Assembly: GCF_004010195.1 (NCBI RefSeq)
Contig: NC_057749.1
Span: 22,146,983-22,166,982, forward strand
Length of the DNA stretch: 20,000 nucleotides
Direction of reading: 5' to 3'
DNA from: Chiloscyllium plagiosum
Taxonomy: Eukaryota
A program made the position numbers and the translations under genes. The notes beneath the pieces are model-generated. The model saw nothing but the letters and a program-made list of their open reading frames with translations, was not told the DNA's origin and searched no databases. Below, one piece after another: positions 1-10,232 of this stretch (the stretch's first letter is position 1; each line of letters opens with the position of its first letter).

Positions 1-1075
1 CAATCCTCAAAAGGAGAAGGTCACACACCAATTCCATGTTTAGACCTCCAAGTCTTTGGTCAGTGACTGTGACACTTTCCTAACAAGAAGTAACAGGAGT
101 GGACCACAGTCTCCTGGAGCGGAGTTGGGGGATGGTGTCGGGTTTGGAGCGAATTCTGGTCGTGGCTGGTGGGAAGATCTTCGCCTAGTTGGCATCTGGA
201 TGGATCCCTGGGGCTCAATGCATTCCTTCAGGGTGGCCTTTAAGTTTCCCTTTACTTGTATCGGATTGACGCCGTCAACCGCCAGTTGCAGGTCGCTGGT
301 GGGAGTTTGGGCGTTGTTTTGGAGGTTAAGTACCTGCCAAACATACCATCCATCTCAGACACCAAAATGGCAGGGTGTCCTCAAGCCCGTTGAAATGGCG
401 ACTAAATAGATGGAGAACCAGGGCAGGTGCTTGCTCGGATGTTCACTTGACTGCAATTCTGATTGGGAAAGACTTCAGAATCCAGTCCGGAATGAAGAAC
501 GGAGTCTGTCCTTTCATCGTGGCGAGAATGCACCATCTGTTTCTGCGCAGCCAGCTGGTGTGACCCCGGACCAAACAGAGAGCTTCCCCTGAGTCGAAAG
601 CCTTTGTCAGATCGATCGAAAACTCCTTTTGCCCAGGGTGTTGTCTTCGATTTGGCACCGTCATGTCCCACGATCCTCACGATAGGGTTCCAGCAGGTGC
701 AAGCACAAGAAGGACAAGTTGGTGTCCAGTGGGATTGGGGTGGAGGTCCCGATGACGGTGAATGTAAGATCGCTGGCTCCCCAGTTCTCACATTCAGCCC
801 AACTTCACTCTGTGAAAATCCAGACAAATCCCAGCACCATGCCTTCATACCAGATAGTCCTGAAGCATAAGTCCAGGCCTTGTATAACTGTCCCAGAAGG
901 ATAGATCTCCGCTGGGGCAGTATCCAGGCCAGCAGCAATGGTGGGATGGATTTTGTCCCGGGACCTGGCTCACTGGGGATTGCCCACTGGACTGGTGGTG
1001 CACGGAGTTGGGGCAGACTCCAAAACCATCGCCCAGTGATTGAGAAGAGCCTCAAAGTGCTCTCTCTATCTGGGC
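1..1075 (-). mobile_element. Decayed non-LTR retrotransposon (RTE-clade LINE) ORF2 reverse-transcriptase remnant
   Basis: Minus-strand translation across frameshifts gives collinear LINE RT motifs: REHFEALLNH (cf. W.EHF..LLN), AAGLDTAPAEIY...FRTIWYEGMV (cf. KAPG.DGIPAEIY...F..IW..G.VP), AECENW (cf. DC.NYRGISL), IDLTKAFDS (in ORF 443-664) and SFPIRIAVK (cf. F.I..GVKQG). Many stops and frameshifts. Confidence 0.7.
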
Positions 1076-1324
1076 CTGGAGTAGTCAGTGTCTGTGAAAC
1101 TCATACAATAACACTCACTCACTCACACACACTTACTCTCTCACACACACACACACACACTGACTCACTCACACACACTTACTCACACACACACAGACTC
1201 ACTCACACACACTTACTCTCACACACACACTGACTCACTCACACACACATACTCACACACACACAACACTCACAAACACTCATACACATTCACACATATG
1301 CACACACATATGCCCACACACTCT

Positions 1325-1466
1325 NNNNNNNNNNNNNNNNNNNNNNNNNNNNNNNNNNNNNNNNNNNNNNNNNNNNNNNNNNNNNNNNNNNNNNNNNNNN
1401 NNNNNNNNNNNNNNNNNNNNNNNNNNNNNNNNNNNNNNNNNNNNNNNNNNNNNNNNNNNNNNNNNN
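1325..1466. other. Assembly gap (142 N)
   Basis: Run of N inside the CA repeat. Confidence 0.99.
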
Positions 1467-1660
1467 ACTCACACACACACTGACTCACTCACACACTCAC
1501 TCACTCACACACACACTGACTCACTCACACACACTTATTCTCACACACACACACTGACTCACTCACACACACTGGCTGACTCACACACACACACACACAC
1601 TGGCTGACTCACACACACACTTACTTACACACACACACTGACTGACTCACTCACACACTT

Positions 1661-1962
1661 ACACACACACACTGACTGACTCACTCACACACACACTGAC
1701 TGACTCACTCACACACACACTGACTGACTCACTCACACACACACTGACTGACTCACTCACACACACACTGACTGACTCACTCACACACACACTGACTGAC
1801 TCACTCACACACACACTGACTGACTCACTCACACACACACTGACTGACTCACTCACACACACACTGACTGACTCACTCACACACACACTGACTGACTCAC
1901 TCACACACACACTGACTGACTCACTCACACACACACTGACTGACTCACTCACACACACACAT
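1661..1962. repeat. Perfect 24-bp tandem repeat (ACACACACACTGACTGACTCACTC), about 12 copies
   Basis: Directly visible; translates on the minus strand as (VCVSESVS)n. Confidence 0.92.
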
Positions 1963-2679
1963 TGACTCACTCACACTTACACACACATTGACTGACTCAG
2001 ACACACATTTACACATTCACACACACTGACTGACTCACTTACACACACAGACTGACTCACACACACATTGACTGACTGACTCAATCACTCAGTTACTCAC
2101 TCACACACACACTGACTGACTCACTCACACACACACACTGACTGACTCTCTTACTCATTCACTCACACACTGACTCACTTACTCAGTCATTCACTCACAG
2201 TCAGACACACACATACAGTCTCACACATATACTGAGACACATACAGACACACATATTGACTGAGACATACACTGACAAACAGACACACACACACAGCCAA
2301 ACAGATTGAGACACACACATTCAGACACTCATTCACTCAGACGGAGACACTGACTCATATTCAAATTCTCTCTCTTTCTCTCTCAGACACACACACAGAC
2401 TGAGACACTCATTCATTCAGATTGAGAGTCACACATAGTCATACAATGACTCAAACAAGCACACACATTAGCTCACCCTCAGACTGACACACACTGTCAC
2501 AATAATAATATCCAGATACAACTGGCTGCACCTGAGGAGGGGAGGTTTTGAGGGGCTGAGTGAGTCTGAAGGGTTTTCAAGTAAGATGGGGCAGATTCGG
2601 ATAGAGTTTACAGTGAGGATGAAGAGTATGTGGGGGGTGTCAGAGTTGGGCAGAGGGTGGCAAAGAGGTTTACTGCTGT

Positions 2680-2950
2680 ACAATTTATTTTATTGCGAAA
2701 AAATATGTTATTCACAAATTACCTATAAGTACAAAAGCTCCAAAGCAGTTCAATACAGACTTCGCAAAAAACAAGGTAGAATTTTGACATTCTTCCTCAA
2801 AACATCAATCCAGTTGCAACGATACAGGGCGCTTTCTAACCGTACAGGAAACGGTTTACTTTCCCACTCAGCCAATGAAGGAATCCGAAACCCTCGTTAT
2901 ATTTTGGCCTTTCCCACTATGCTTGTTTTTCACTCTGTCTCCTGAGTGAG
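2680..2950 (-). mobile_element. Probable 3' UTR/poly(A) end of an L1/Tx1-type LINE
   Basis: The minus strand ends ...TTTGTGAATAACATATTTTTTCGCAATAAAATAAA. This has tandem AATAAA signals and resembles my recollection of fish Tx1/L1 3' ends. No coding motif recognised. Confidence 0.35.
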
Positions 2951-2956
2951 GGCGCT

Positions 2957-3010
2957 TGCAGGGAATCAGTGGGCTGAATGGCCTCCGTGTGCTCTGTGAA
3001 TATTCTGCGA
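2957..3010 (+). mobile_element. Short CR1/HE1-type 3' tail fragment
   Basis: GGGCTGAATGGCCTCCGTGTGCT...ATTCT matches the CR1 tail seen elsewhere in the window. Confidence 0.55.
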
Positions 3011-3950
3011 TGGACTCTGAAGCCCACCAGCACCAAACCATCACCGCGACGCAAGGAACCAAATCAAAACGCTGGTTGGTTTTGGAGTGCGCCACCCTCA
3101 TGTGTTTCAAAACCTCCCAGAGACTCGCAATGTCTCACTGAGGAACTGAGGCTACAGGTCACACTCTTGACTTTGAAGTTGAAAATTGCAGAAACAAAGG
3201 GATGGATATTGTGGGCAATCAATCAGAGGTGATTCACTGTGAAACACTTCCCACAATTAAGCCATCAACCAAATCAAGATTAAAGATGTCAATGTGACCA
3301 ATCTTATTTAATCCAATCATGTGGATAGGGGCTGCATCTCCCACAGTTTACGCAGAACAAGACTTGATCAAAATGCCCTGTGCGTTTATTATAAGCAGAG
3401 CTGTGGTCCTGACAGATGAATATGTAGCTTGCTTTGAGAAACTGGATGATGAGGGAACACTAATTGCACGTTTGGGTGGACGAACTCTCAATTTTGGGAA
3501 GTTTTCGATCGCAGCTACCTCATGTAAACAGTTGACAATTTGTAGCAATTTTCTGATAGTTATTGGAGTTTGTTACGAAGGGGCAGTTTAGATAAGATAT
3601 ATCACTTAATTAGACAAAGAGAGTGTGACCATGAGAGATGAGAATATTTCATCGATCCTGTAGCTATCCTGTAGAACGGAGAAGGAGAGGTGGTGGTTTC
3701 GACGCGGGGAAGTGTTCATCTCTGACATTGTGCAGTCTTCAGTAACAGTCTTTGATGATGACAGTCTTTGTCCTTCCTGACGTGGAGGAACTCATGATCT
3801 TCTCCCAAGAAGGTGATTGGCTGGTTTCCCAGGATCCTCTCTGTCCCTCTTTCCCTACCCTTCCCTGTTGATAAACCTTACTTTAGGAGCTGACAATGTG
3901 TTCAACCACTTGTCTAAACTCTCTTGGGCAATGACCATGGGTAGCTCCTC

Positions 3951-4188
3951 TTAGTCTAGATCAGAGTGGTGCTGGAAAAGTACAGCAGTTCAGGCAGCAT
4001 TCGTGGAGCAGGAAAATCGACGTTTCGGGCAAAAGCCCTTCATCAGGAATAGAGGCAGGGAGCCTCCATGGTGGAGAGATAAGTTGGGGGGGGAGGGGGG
4101 AGCAGGGGAGAAGGTAGCAAAGAGTACAATAGGTGGATGGGGGTGGGGATGGTGGTGATAGGTCAGAGAGGAGGGTGGGAGAAGGTAG
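3951..4188 (-). mobile_element. Penelope-like element 3'-terminal (pseudo-LTR) fragment
   Basis: The minus strand reads a pyrimidine-rich tract then CCTGATGAAGGGCTTTTGCCCGAAACGTCGATTTTCCTGCTCC...CCAGCACCACTCTGATCTAGAC. A near-identical inverted copy lies at 7843-7940. Confidence 0.75.
4015..4050 (-). ncRNA. Minimal PLE-type hammerhead ribozyme motif (intact core)
   Basis: 5'-auuc CUGAUGA a GGGC uuuu GCCC GAAAC GUC gauu-3'. Both catalytic boxes are present, with a 4-bp stem II, palindromic ACGU in place of stem III and a GUC cleavage triplet. Stem I is short and imperfect. Confidence 0.7.
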
Positions 4189-4704
4189 CACTGTCCCCTG
4201 ACCACCGTCCCCTTGCCCATTTGAAGGTTAATCTTCATTCCTTCTAAGAACAAAGCTTCCTTATTTTCCCAAATGCTGCACTCATACTAGAGTTGTCCCT
4301 ATTATGTCTGATAGGATAAGTCTTTTGTTCTGTTTATTGAAGGCTAGTTACTGTAATCCAGTGAAATGAGGAATCAGGCTACACAGGGAACGCTAAACTT
4401 GGAAAGCATGAAGAGAACACAGTCTTAAAGGGACCCCGGTTCCCAACAGAACACATTCCAGACCCAGAGCTGGCTTGTGAAGGATAAACTGTTCAACATT
4501 TTCCAAGCAGCTCCAATCTCCGAGCTCTTTGTAAGGTCAGAGTAACATTCCACTCATGATGTAAATCTCTCACTCCCTCCTCCCTGTCACCTCAGAACAA
4601 ATTGTCACAGGGACCACTCCTCAGTCAAGCCCCAATTTGCAAATAGCTAAACCCACAGCCTGGGCTCAAATCCCAATTTGCAACAAACCTTAGGAGCAAA
4701 ACAG

Positions 4705-5515
4705 TAATAGCAGCAGAAGGAGACCATTCAGCCCTTGAAGACCACTCTCCTATTCAATTGGATTATGGTTAATCATCTACGTCAATGCCATTTCCCGCCC
4801 TATCCTGACATAGGGAGAGGCTGAATAAGCTGGGGTTGTTTTCCCAGGAGCATCGGAGGCTGAGGGGTGACCTTATAGAGGTTTATAGAATCACAAGGGG
4901 CATGGATAGGGTGAATAGACAAGGTCTTTGCCCTGGGGTGAGGGAGTCCAGAACTAGAGGGCATAGGTTTAGGATGAGAGGGGAAAGATTTAAAAGGGAC
5001 CTAAGGGGCAACAGAGGGTGGTGCGTGTATGGAATGAGCTGCCAGAGGAAGTGGCGGAGGCTGGTACAATTACAACATTTAAAAGGCAGCTGGATGGGAA
5101 CATGAATAGGAAGGTTTGGAGGAATATTGGCCTAGTGTTGGCAAATGGAACTAGATCAGTTTGGGATATCTGGTCGGCATGAATAAGTTGGACCGAATGG
5201 GCTCTGTGACTCTATCTCCTGATCTCTTGCATTTCTAAAGTTCAATCGACTTATGTTAAACATTCCCAATGTCACCTCCACAGCCCTCTGCATTCGAGAA
5301 TTTCAAAGATTCACAACCTCTCTGTTACAAAATCCCTCCCTATCTCAGTCCTGAATGGCTTGTCCTTTTATTTTGAGGCTCTGCCCTCTGATTCTAGGCC
5401 CCTTCCATTCAAGGACTCATCCTTGCTGCATCCATTCCAATGGGACCTGTAAATAACTGTGCATGGCTGAGATCACCTCTCATTCACTCAAACTGGAGGG
5501 AATATGGGCCCACCA
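4705..5515 (-). mobile_element. Older CR1 LINE 3' fragment, split by a younger antiparallel CR1 (4808-5213)
   Basis: Reverse-complement CR1 tail (GACCATTCAGCCC) at 4705-4807 continues at 5214-5515 (CTCCACAGCCCTCTG...GAGAATTTCAAAGATTCACAACC). CTATCCTGA / CTATCTCCTGA flank the insert. Confidence 0.7.
4808..5213 (+). mobile_element. CR1 LINE 3' end (ORF2 C-terminus plus tail)
   Basis: RLNKLGLFSQEHRRLRGDLIEVYRI...SRTRGHRF is the typical CR1 ORF2 C-terminus; the tail ends in GACTCTAT. Confidence 0.9.
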
Positions 5516-5599
5516 TAATAACAGCACTGTCACTCAGAATAACATCATGGCCAAGACTGTCAACTGTCACAAAAAAAAACACTGACTTCACCCCATGTC

Positions 5600-5935
5600 C
5601 TTTAGAATCATAGAGTCCCAACTGAATGGAAGCAGGCCATTCGGCCCATCGGGTATATAGCGACCTCTGAGGAGCATCCCATGCAGATCCACCTCTCTAC
5701 CCTGCCCCTCTAACCCTGCATTTCCCATGGCTAACCCACCCAGCCTGCACATCCCATGGCCAATCCACCCAAACCTGTCCATCGAGTCACAGAGTCATAC
5801 AGCACGATTGAGACCCTTCGGCCCAACCAGTCCATGCCAAACATAATCCCAAACTATATAAGTCGCCCCCGTCTGCATCTTTGGACTGTGGGAGGAAACC
5901 GGAGCACCCGGAGGAAACCCACATAGACGCGGGGA
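5600..5935 (-). mobile_element. HE1/V-SINE-like fragments with an intervening CR1 tail (about 5785-5860)
   Basis: V-SINE core GTGGGTTTCCTCCGGGTGCTCCGGTTTCCTCCCACAGTCCAAAGATG on the minus strand at 5875-5930. CR1-derived 3' tail GGGCCGAATGGCCTGCTTCC...CTATGATTCTA at 5602-5650. Confidence 0.8.
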
Positions 5936-6472
5936 CGCGGCCAACATCTCTGTCTCGGGCTTGCTGCAGTGCTCCAGTGAAGCTCAGCACAAGCTGGAAG
6001 AACAGCATCTCATTTTCAGCTCAGAAACCTGGTCAGCATGAACAAGTTGGGCCGAAGGGCCTGTTTCCTCAGGACCGTGCAACCTTCAGGACTCAGTATC
6101 GAATTCAACAGTTTGAAAGCTTTAGCACTTTTTCCAGGTCCTTACCCCAACCTCAACACACCAGGCCCTGTCAGCACATGTACTGTTTCCACATATAATC
6201 CACTGTCAGGCACTAATAGCTCCCATTAGCGGCTATTCATTCCCGCAGACTGACCTTTACCCAGTCCTTGGTCTGCCCAATTGTTTTTCTCCTCTCTCTC
6301 TCTCTCTCTCTCGGGTCTATCTCCCCTCCTCCAACCCCTTCTGTAGCAATAATACTGACCTTTTCCCAGCTACAATCAGTCCCGAAGAAAGGTTCACTAG
6401 TCACGAAACACTGACTCTACTTTCTTTCAGCCCAGACCTGCTGAGCTTTTCCAGCAATTTCTGATTTTGTTT
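5936..6472 (+). mobile_element. Penelope-like element 3' fragment (GIY-YIG C-terminal region plus terminus with a decayed hammerhead)
   Basis: ANISVSGLLQCSSEAQHKLEEQHLIF.../TVQPSGLSIEFNSL resembles PLE endonuclease C-termini. It is interrupted by a roughly 50-bp CR1 tail flanked by CTCAG. Decayed core CCGAAGA..GAAACAC at about 6382-6411. Confidence 0.7.
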
Positions 6473-6489
6473 AAGGGTGAGCCGGATGA

Positions 6490-6870
6490 ATACAGAAGGA
6501 GAAAGGAATAGGAGGAATCTGCACAAACTAGTTGGGGCAAATGGCCTGTTCTTGTACTGTAAATTCTCTGTAATGCTAACTAATGTTTCCTGTTGGTCAG
6601 GGGGCCAAGACGAGGGGCTCAATGTTAAAGTAAGGAGCAGGAGGTTTGGGGAGGATGTGATGAAAGGAAATTTCTCCCATATAATGCTGAGTATCAGGAA
6701 CTCAGTTCCTATAAGGAACCTTCAAGATGTTTAAGAACTACATTGATGAGCACTTGGAAGACCACCACAGCAACAACACTCCACCCCCCCCACCCCACCC
6801 CACCCCACAAGACTCAGCGCAAATTACTGGAACAGATCAGCAATTGATGGCCTGCGTAGACAGGATGAGC
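6490..6870 (+). mobile_element. Degraded CR1 3' fragments
   Basis: GGGGCAAATGGCCTGTTCTTGTACTGTAAATTCT tail, then ACGAGGGG..TAAAGTAAGGAGCAGGAGGTTT..GGGGAGGATGTGA (the TRGH..KVR..RF..D region). Confidence 0.55.
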
Positions 6871-6872
6871 CT

Positions 6873-7795
6873 GAGAGTCACCATGGAAACAGATCCTTTG
6901 GCCCAACACGTTCAGGTTTCCTAACCTGAACTAGTCCCATTTGTCAGCATTTGACCCATAACCCTCTGAACCCTTTCTAATCATGTGACCATCCAGATGC
7001 CTTTTAAATGTTGTAATTGTACCCAATTCCACCACTTTCTCTGGCAGCTCATTCCATACACGCACCACCCTCTGCGTGAAAAAGTCACCCCTAAGGACTC
7101 TTTTAAATCTCCATCTTGACTTAGACTCACAGAGACGTACAGCATGGAAACAGACCCTCTGGTCCAACTTGTCCATGCCGACCAGATATCCTAAATTAAT
7201 CTAGTCCCATTTGCCAGCATTTGGCCCCTATCCCTCCAAACCCTTCCTATTCATATACCCATCCAGTTGCCTTTTAAATGTTGCAATTGTACCAGCCTCC
7301 ACCACTTCCTCTGGCAGCTCATTCCATACACGTACCACCCTCTGTGTGAAAAAGTTGTCCCTCAGTTCGCTTTTAAATCTTTTCCCTCTCACCTTAAACC
7401 TATGCCCTTTAGTTCTGGACTCCCCTGCCTTAGGAAAAAGACCTTGGCTGTTCATCCTATCCAGCCCCTCATGATTTTATAAACCTCTATAAGGTTACCC
7501 CTCAACATCTGACATTCCAGGGAAAATAGCCCCAGCCTATTCAACCTCACCCTGTACCTCAAACCCTCTAATCCCAATAACATTTTTTGTCAATGCTTTC
7601 TGCACCTTTTCCAGTTTATTAATATCCTTCCTATAGCAGGAAGAACAGAACAGTAAACAATATTCCAAAAATGGCCTAACTAATGTCCTGTACAGCCGCA
7701 ACATGACCTCCCAACTCCTGTTCCCATAACACTGACTGATGAAGCAAAGATACCAAGTGCCTTCTTCACCACCCTGTCGACCTGTGATGCCAGGA
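6873..7795 (-). mobile_element. Two tandem CR1 LINE 3' fragments (about 6873-7110 and 7122-7795)
   Basis: Both minus-strand ORFs carry FFTQRVVRVWNELPE..VE.GTI.TFKR.LDG. The second extends to LYRTLVRPFLEYC. Confidence 0.92.
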
Positions 7796-7842
7796 ACTGT
7801 GAACCTCCAACCCATGTCTCCCTGTTTTCCTAGACTATAAAA

Positions 7843-7940
7843 ACTCCTGATGAAGGGCTTTTGCCCGAAACATCGATTTTCCTGCTCCTGGGATGCTGCC
7901 TGACCTGCTGTGCTTTTCCAGCACCACTCTAATCTAGACT
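7843..7940 (+). mobile_element. Penelope-like terminal fragment with hammerhead motif (7847-7874)
   Basis: CTGATGA A GGGC TTTT GCCC GAAAC ATC; same family as 3951-4050. Confidence 0.75.
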
Positions 7941-7999
7941 GTTCAAACTCTATGGCTCCCTATACATGAACCCTAATCTCATAAAGTTGTTTTTTGCAG

Positions 8000-8690
8000 G
8001 AATCACTTCCCATTCACTTGCTTTTCCATATTAAATCTTTCCTCCCTTGTCTCGCAAATGCCCGAGATGTTTAGCACAATGGTGATTAATATCACTTTAG
8101 TGATTTAATGTGAAGACTTGGATGTAACAGCTCTCTTTCTGAAGCAGAAAGATTTGTTAGGGAGTGACAGTAAATTAAAACTGAAGAAACATGGTTTTAA
8201 AATGCCTCACATGTTAAATGACTCGTGCTTTTGTCAGGAGAGAAAGGTCAGCTCATTCGCTGCGGTTATAATCCCCCTGAGACCTCCACTATATTTACTC
8301 AGTGTTCGGATTACGGCTGTGAGGGAAATGTTCATTTTCCGACAAGGATACTGCCACTCACAAGGATAGGGTCCCACTCAAAGTAATGGGAAGCTCAGGA
8401 TGCAAAGTCATTCCAGTCTAACCCACTGAGGCTGACATGTAGTGAACCAGCAGCCTCAGTCAAATAACATCGACTCATTGTGTACAGACTGCTCTCTCAC
8501 CATTGCACAGCAGCAAGAGCATTCAAAGGTCAATGGACCTGCTTATGTGTCCTGTGAAACATTTTATAAATTCATCAATAGGAATTCAGTGACAGCTGAG
8601 TTAAATATTTGGATTGTTATGGGAAAGTCAATTGTCACTCTCAAACAATTACTGTCTGGAGAGGGAATCCTGGCCCAGCCTGCACACAGA
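8000..8690 (+). mobile_element. pol: Ty3/Gypsy pol relic A, part 2 (integrase core)
   Basis: Collinear degraded motifs KKHGFKMP (cf. F..HGIP), YNPPETSTIFTQCSDYGC (cf. DNGPQF.S..F..F...YGF) and PTQSNGKL with QSNGK at 8379-8393 (cf. YPQSNG.AER). Confidence 0.55.
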
Positions 8691-9431
8691 GCCTTAAAAT
8701 ACACATGTGCACACACTCACTCACACACACGCGTACAAACACACACTTACACACATACACACATGCACAAACAGACACATACTCTCACACACATACACAT
8801 GCATAGACACACACACACACTCACTCACACGCATTCTCCCTNNNNNNNNNNNNNNNNNNNNNNNNNCACACATGCACATTCTCACACACACCCTGTACAC
8901 AGAGACCTACACACACACAACACACTCACAAAAACACGTATACACTCAACACACTTTCACACTGATACAAACATAAACAACATCCTCACACAAACACACA
9001 CACACCCTCGCACACACCCTCACACACATCCTTACACACACAGCCTGCACACCCACTCACACATACTAAAACACTTCATCCTATCCACACACACTTTCAC
9101 ACAGACCCTTAAAACACACAAGCATATACACACGCTCTCTCACATACACAACACAGACTTCCTAAAAATACACATATCCTGCACATAGTCCCTTAACAGA
9201 CACCCACACACAGGCACATACATACACACAACTTCACACAGTAACTGCATGCACACTGATGCACCATGTACACACTCACCCTGCACACATTTAACACACA
9301 TGAACACATACATTTACATACACACTCTCTTACAAACACACATCACAAATCGCCTACACAGACTAATACTCCTGCACACCCACTCAAACATACTAAAACA
9401 CTTCATCCTGAACACACTATCTGCATAATCA

Positions 9432-9651
9432 GTGTTGGACTGGGGTGTACAAAGTTAAAAATCACACAACAGCAGGTTATAGTCCAACAGGTTTAATTGG
9501 AAGCACTAGCTTTTGGAGCACTGCTCCTTCATCAGGTGGTGTGGAGTACTCCACAACTATCTGATGAAGGAGTGTCGCTCCGAAAGCTAGTGCTTCCAAT
9601 TAAACCTGTTCGTCTATAACCTGCTGTTGTGTGATTTTTAACTTTGTACAC
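9432..9651. mobile_element. Palindromic element made of two inverted Penelope-like termini
   Basis: 9445-9651 is a near-perfect inverted repeat centred on GTGGAGTACTCCAC. It is flanked by ACACTATCTGCA (9414-9425) and ACACTACCTGCA (9648-9659), a possible target-site duplication. Confidence 0.8.
9558..9592 (+). ncRNA. Minimal PLE-type hammerhead ribozyme motif
   Basis: uau CUGAUGA a GGAG ugucg CUCC GAAA GCUA gug, with palindromic AGCU and a CUA triplet. The mirror copy on the minus strand (9507-9535) has GAAA mutated to AAAA. Confidence 0.6.
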
Positions 9652-9849
9652 TACCTGCAGATGCACTTATGCATAATGTGCACACTGACCCAACGCTCAC
9701 ACCCTGCACATTTTACACTCGCACAACCTGCACACACACACACACACACACACAAATGCCATGCTCCCACATACACACACAGCACAAATGTGCACTTTGA
9801 TATTACAGATTTTTAGGAAGAAAATTTTAAAATCATATTTCTTGATTAG

Positions 9850-10170
9850 AAACTGAAACTTGGAGGAAATTGTAAAAATCCTTTAAAGGATTTCAAGGAA
9901 ATCCCACATCTGTCTGTTCCCATTTGGTGGGGAGGGGATCAAGGCCCATTGCACTGTGTTAACACAGTGTCAATCACAATGGGAGACAGTCAGAATACAA
10001 TTAATCCTTGACCAACACAACAAGTCTTTCTAATAGTGTGAGAATTCAAGCCTTCAGAGAGATCAGGAAACTGAACGACCAACACAGGAAATTCCAACAT
10101 GAAAGAACATTTCTTTACCTGACAGAATGATTGACACAGTGATATTTTATATCATGTAACAAACTATCTC
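9850..10170 (+). mobile_element. gag: Ty3/Gypsy gag N-terminal relic (B)
   Basis: ETWRKL*KSFKGF (cf. E.W..W...F..F) and VNTVSITMGDSQNTI from 9958 (cf. QVNTLIY.MG..A.DI). A possible continuation QQQGES lies at about 10835-10853. Confidence 0.5.
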
Positions 10171-10232
10171 TTGACTTGTCGGACAAGTGCCTCTTCATGT
10201 TAAGTGGTCCATCCTCTACTGATAATGATGAG

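Larger units (their letters stand above)
1095..2495. repeat. CA-rich simple/low-complexity repeat tract
   Basis: (CA)n, CACT and GACT mixtures throughout. The ORFs here are THTH/VCVC artefacts. Confidence 0.95.
3010..4570 (+). mobile_element. pol: Ty3/Gypsy pol relic A, part 1 (end of RT, RNase H, start of integrase), interrupted by a PLE fragment at 3951-4188
   Basis: ORF 3319-3591 contains PCAFIISRAVVLTDEYVACFEK-(19 aa)-KFSIAATSCKQL, which aligns with Gypsy RNase H PV.FISR.LTD.E..YA.IEK-(19 aa)-KF..ETDHKPL. Upstream are TEELR and WILWAINQ (cf. EPLR..., W.W...Q). Downstream are weaker IGWFP and ELTM integrase-proximal motifs. Confidence 0.7.
8695..9795. repeat. CA-rich low-complexity tract (contains a 25-N gap at 8842-8866 and the palindromic insert at 9445-9651)
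   Basis: (CA)n-derived sequence with an internal duplication of about 39 bp (9044-9081 vs 9371-9409). Confidence 0.9.

Noticed and set aside
402..1055. 217-aa ORF as a host gene
   Set aside because: It is an off-frame reading of the decayed RTE-like RT region, with no recognisable domain in this frame.
3200..4570. Endogenous bornavirus-like L (EBLL) element on the minus strand; peptides such as PYKELGDWSCLENVEQFIL and MVIAQES...LSAPKVRFINREG superficially recall bornavirus L
   Set aside because: The plus strand of the same DNA matches Gypsy RNase H with correct motif spacing, so the minus-strand peptides are best explained as antisense coincidences. A TBLASTN/HMM search with Mononegavirales L would settle it.
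3951..7940. Composite DNA transposon with ~100-bp terminal inverted repeats
   Set aside because: The repeats are common PLE termini, the Gypsy relic continues collinearly inside and outside them, and there is no shared TSD or transposase.
8238..8384. Possible host exon (TTTTGTCAG acceptor, open frame GEKGQLIRCGYNPP...)
   Set aside because: Better explained as degraded integrase core leading into QSNGK; the donor site is weak and there are no partner exons.
8442..9188. 248-aa His/Thr-rich ORF
   Set aside because: It runs through (CA)n low-complexity sequence and an N gap.
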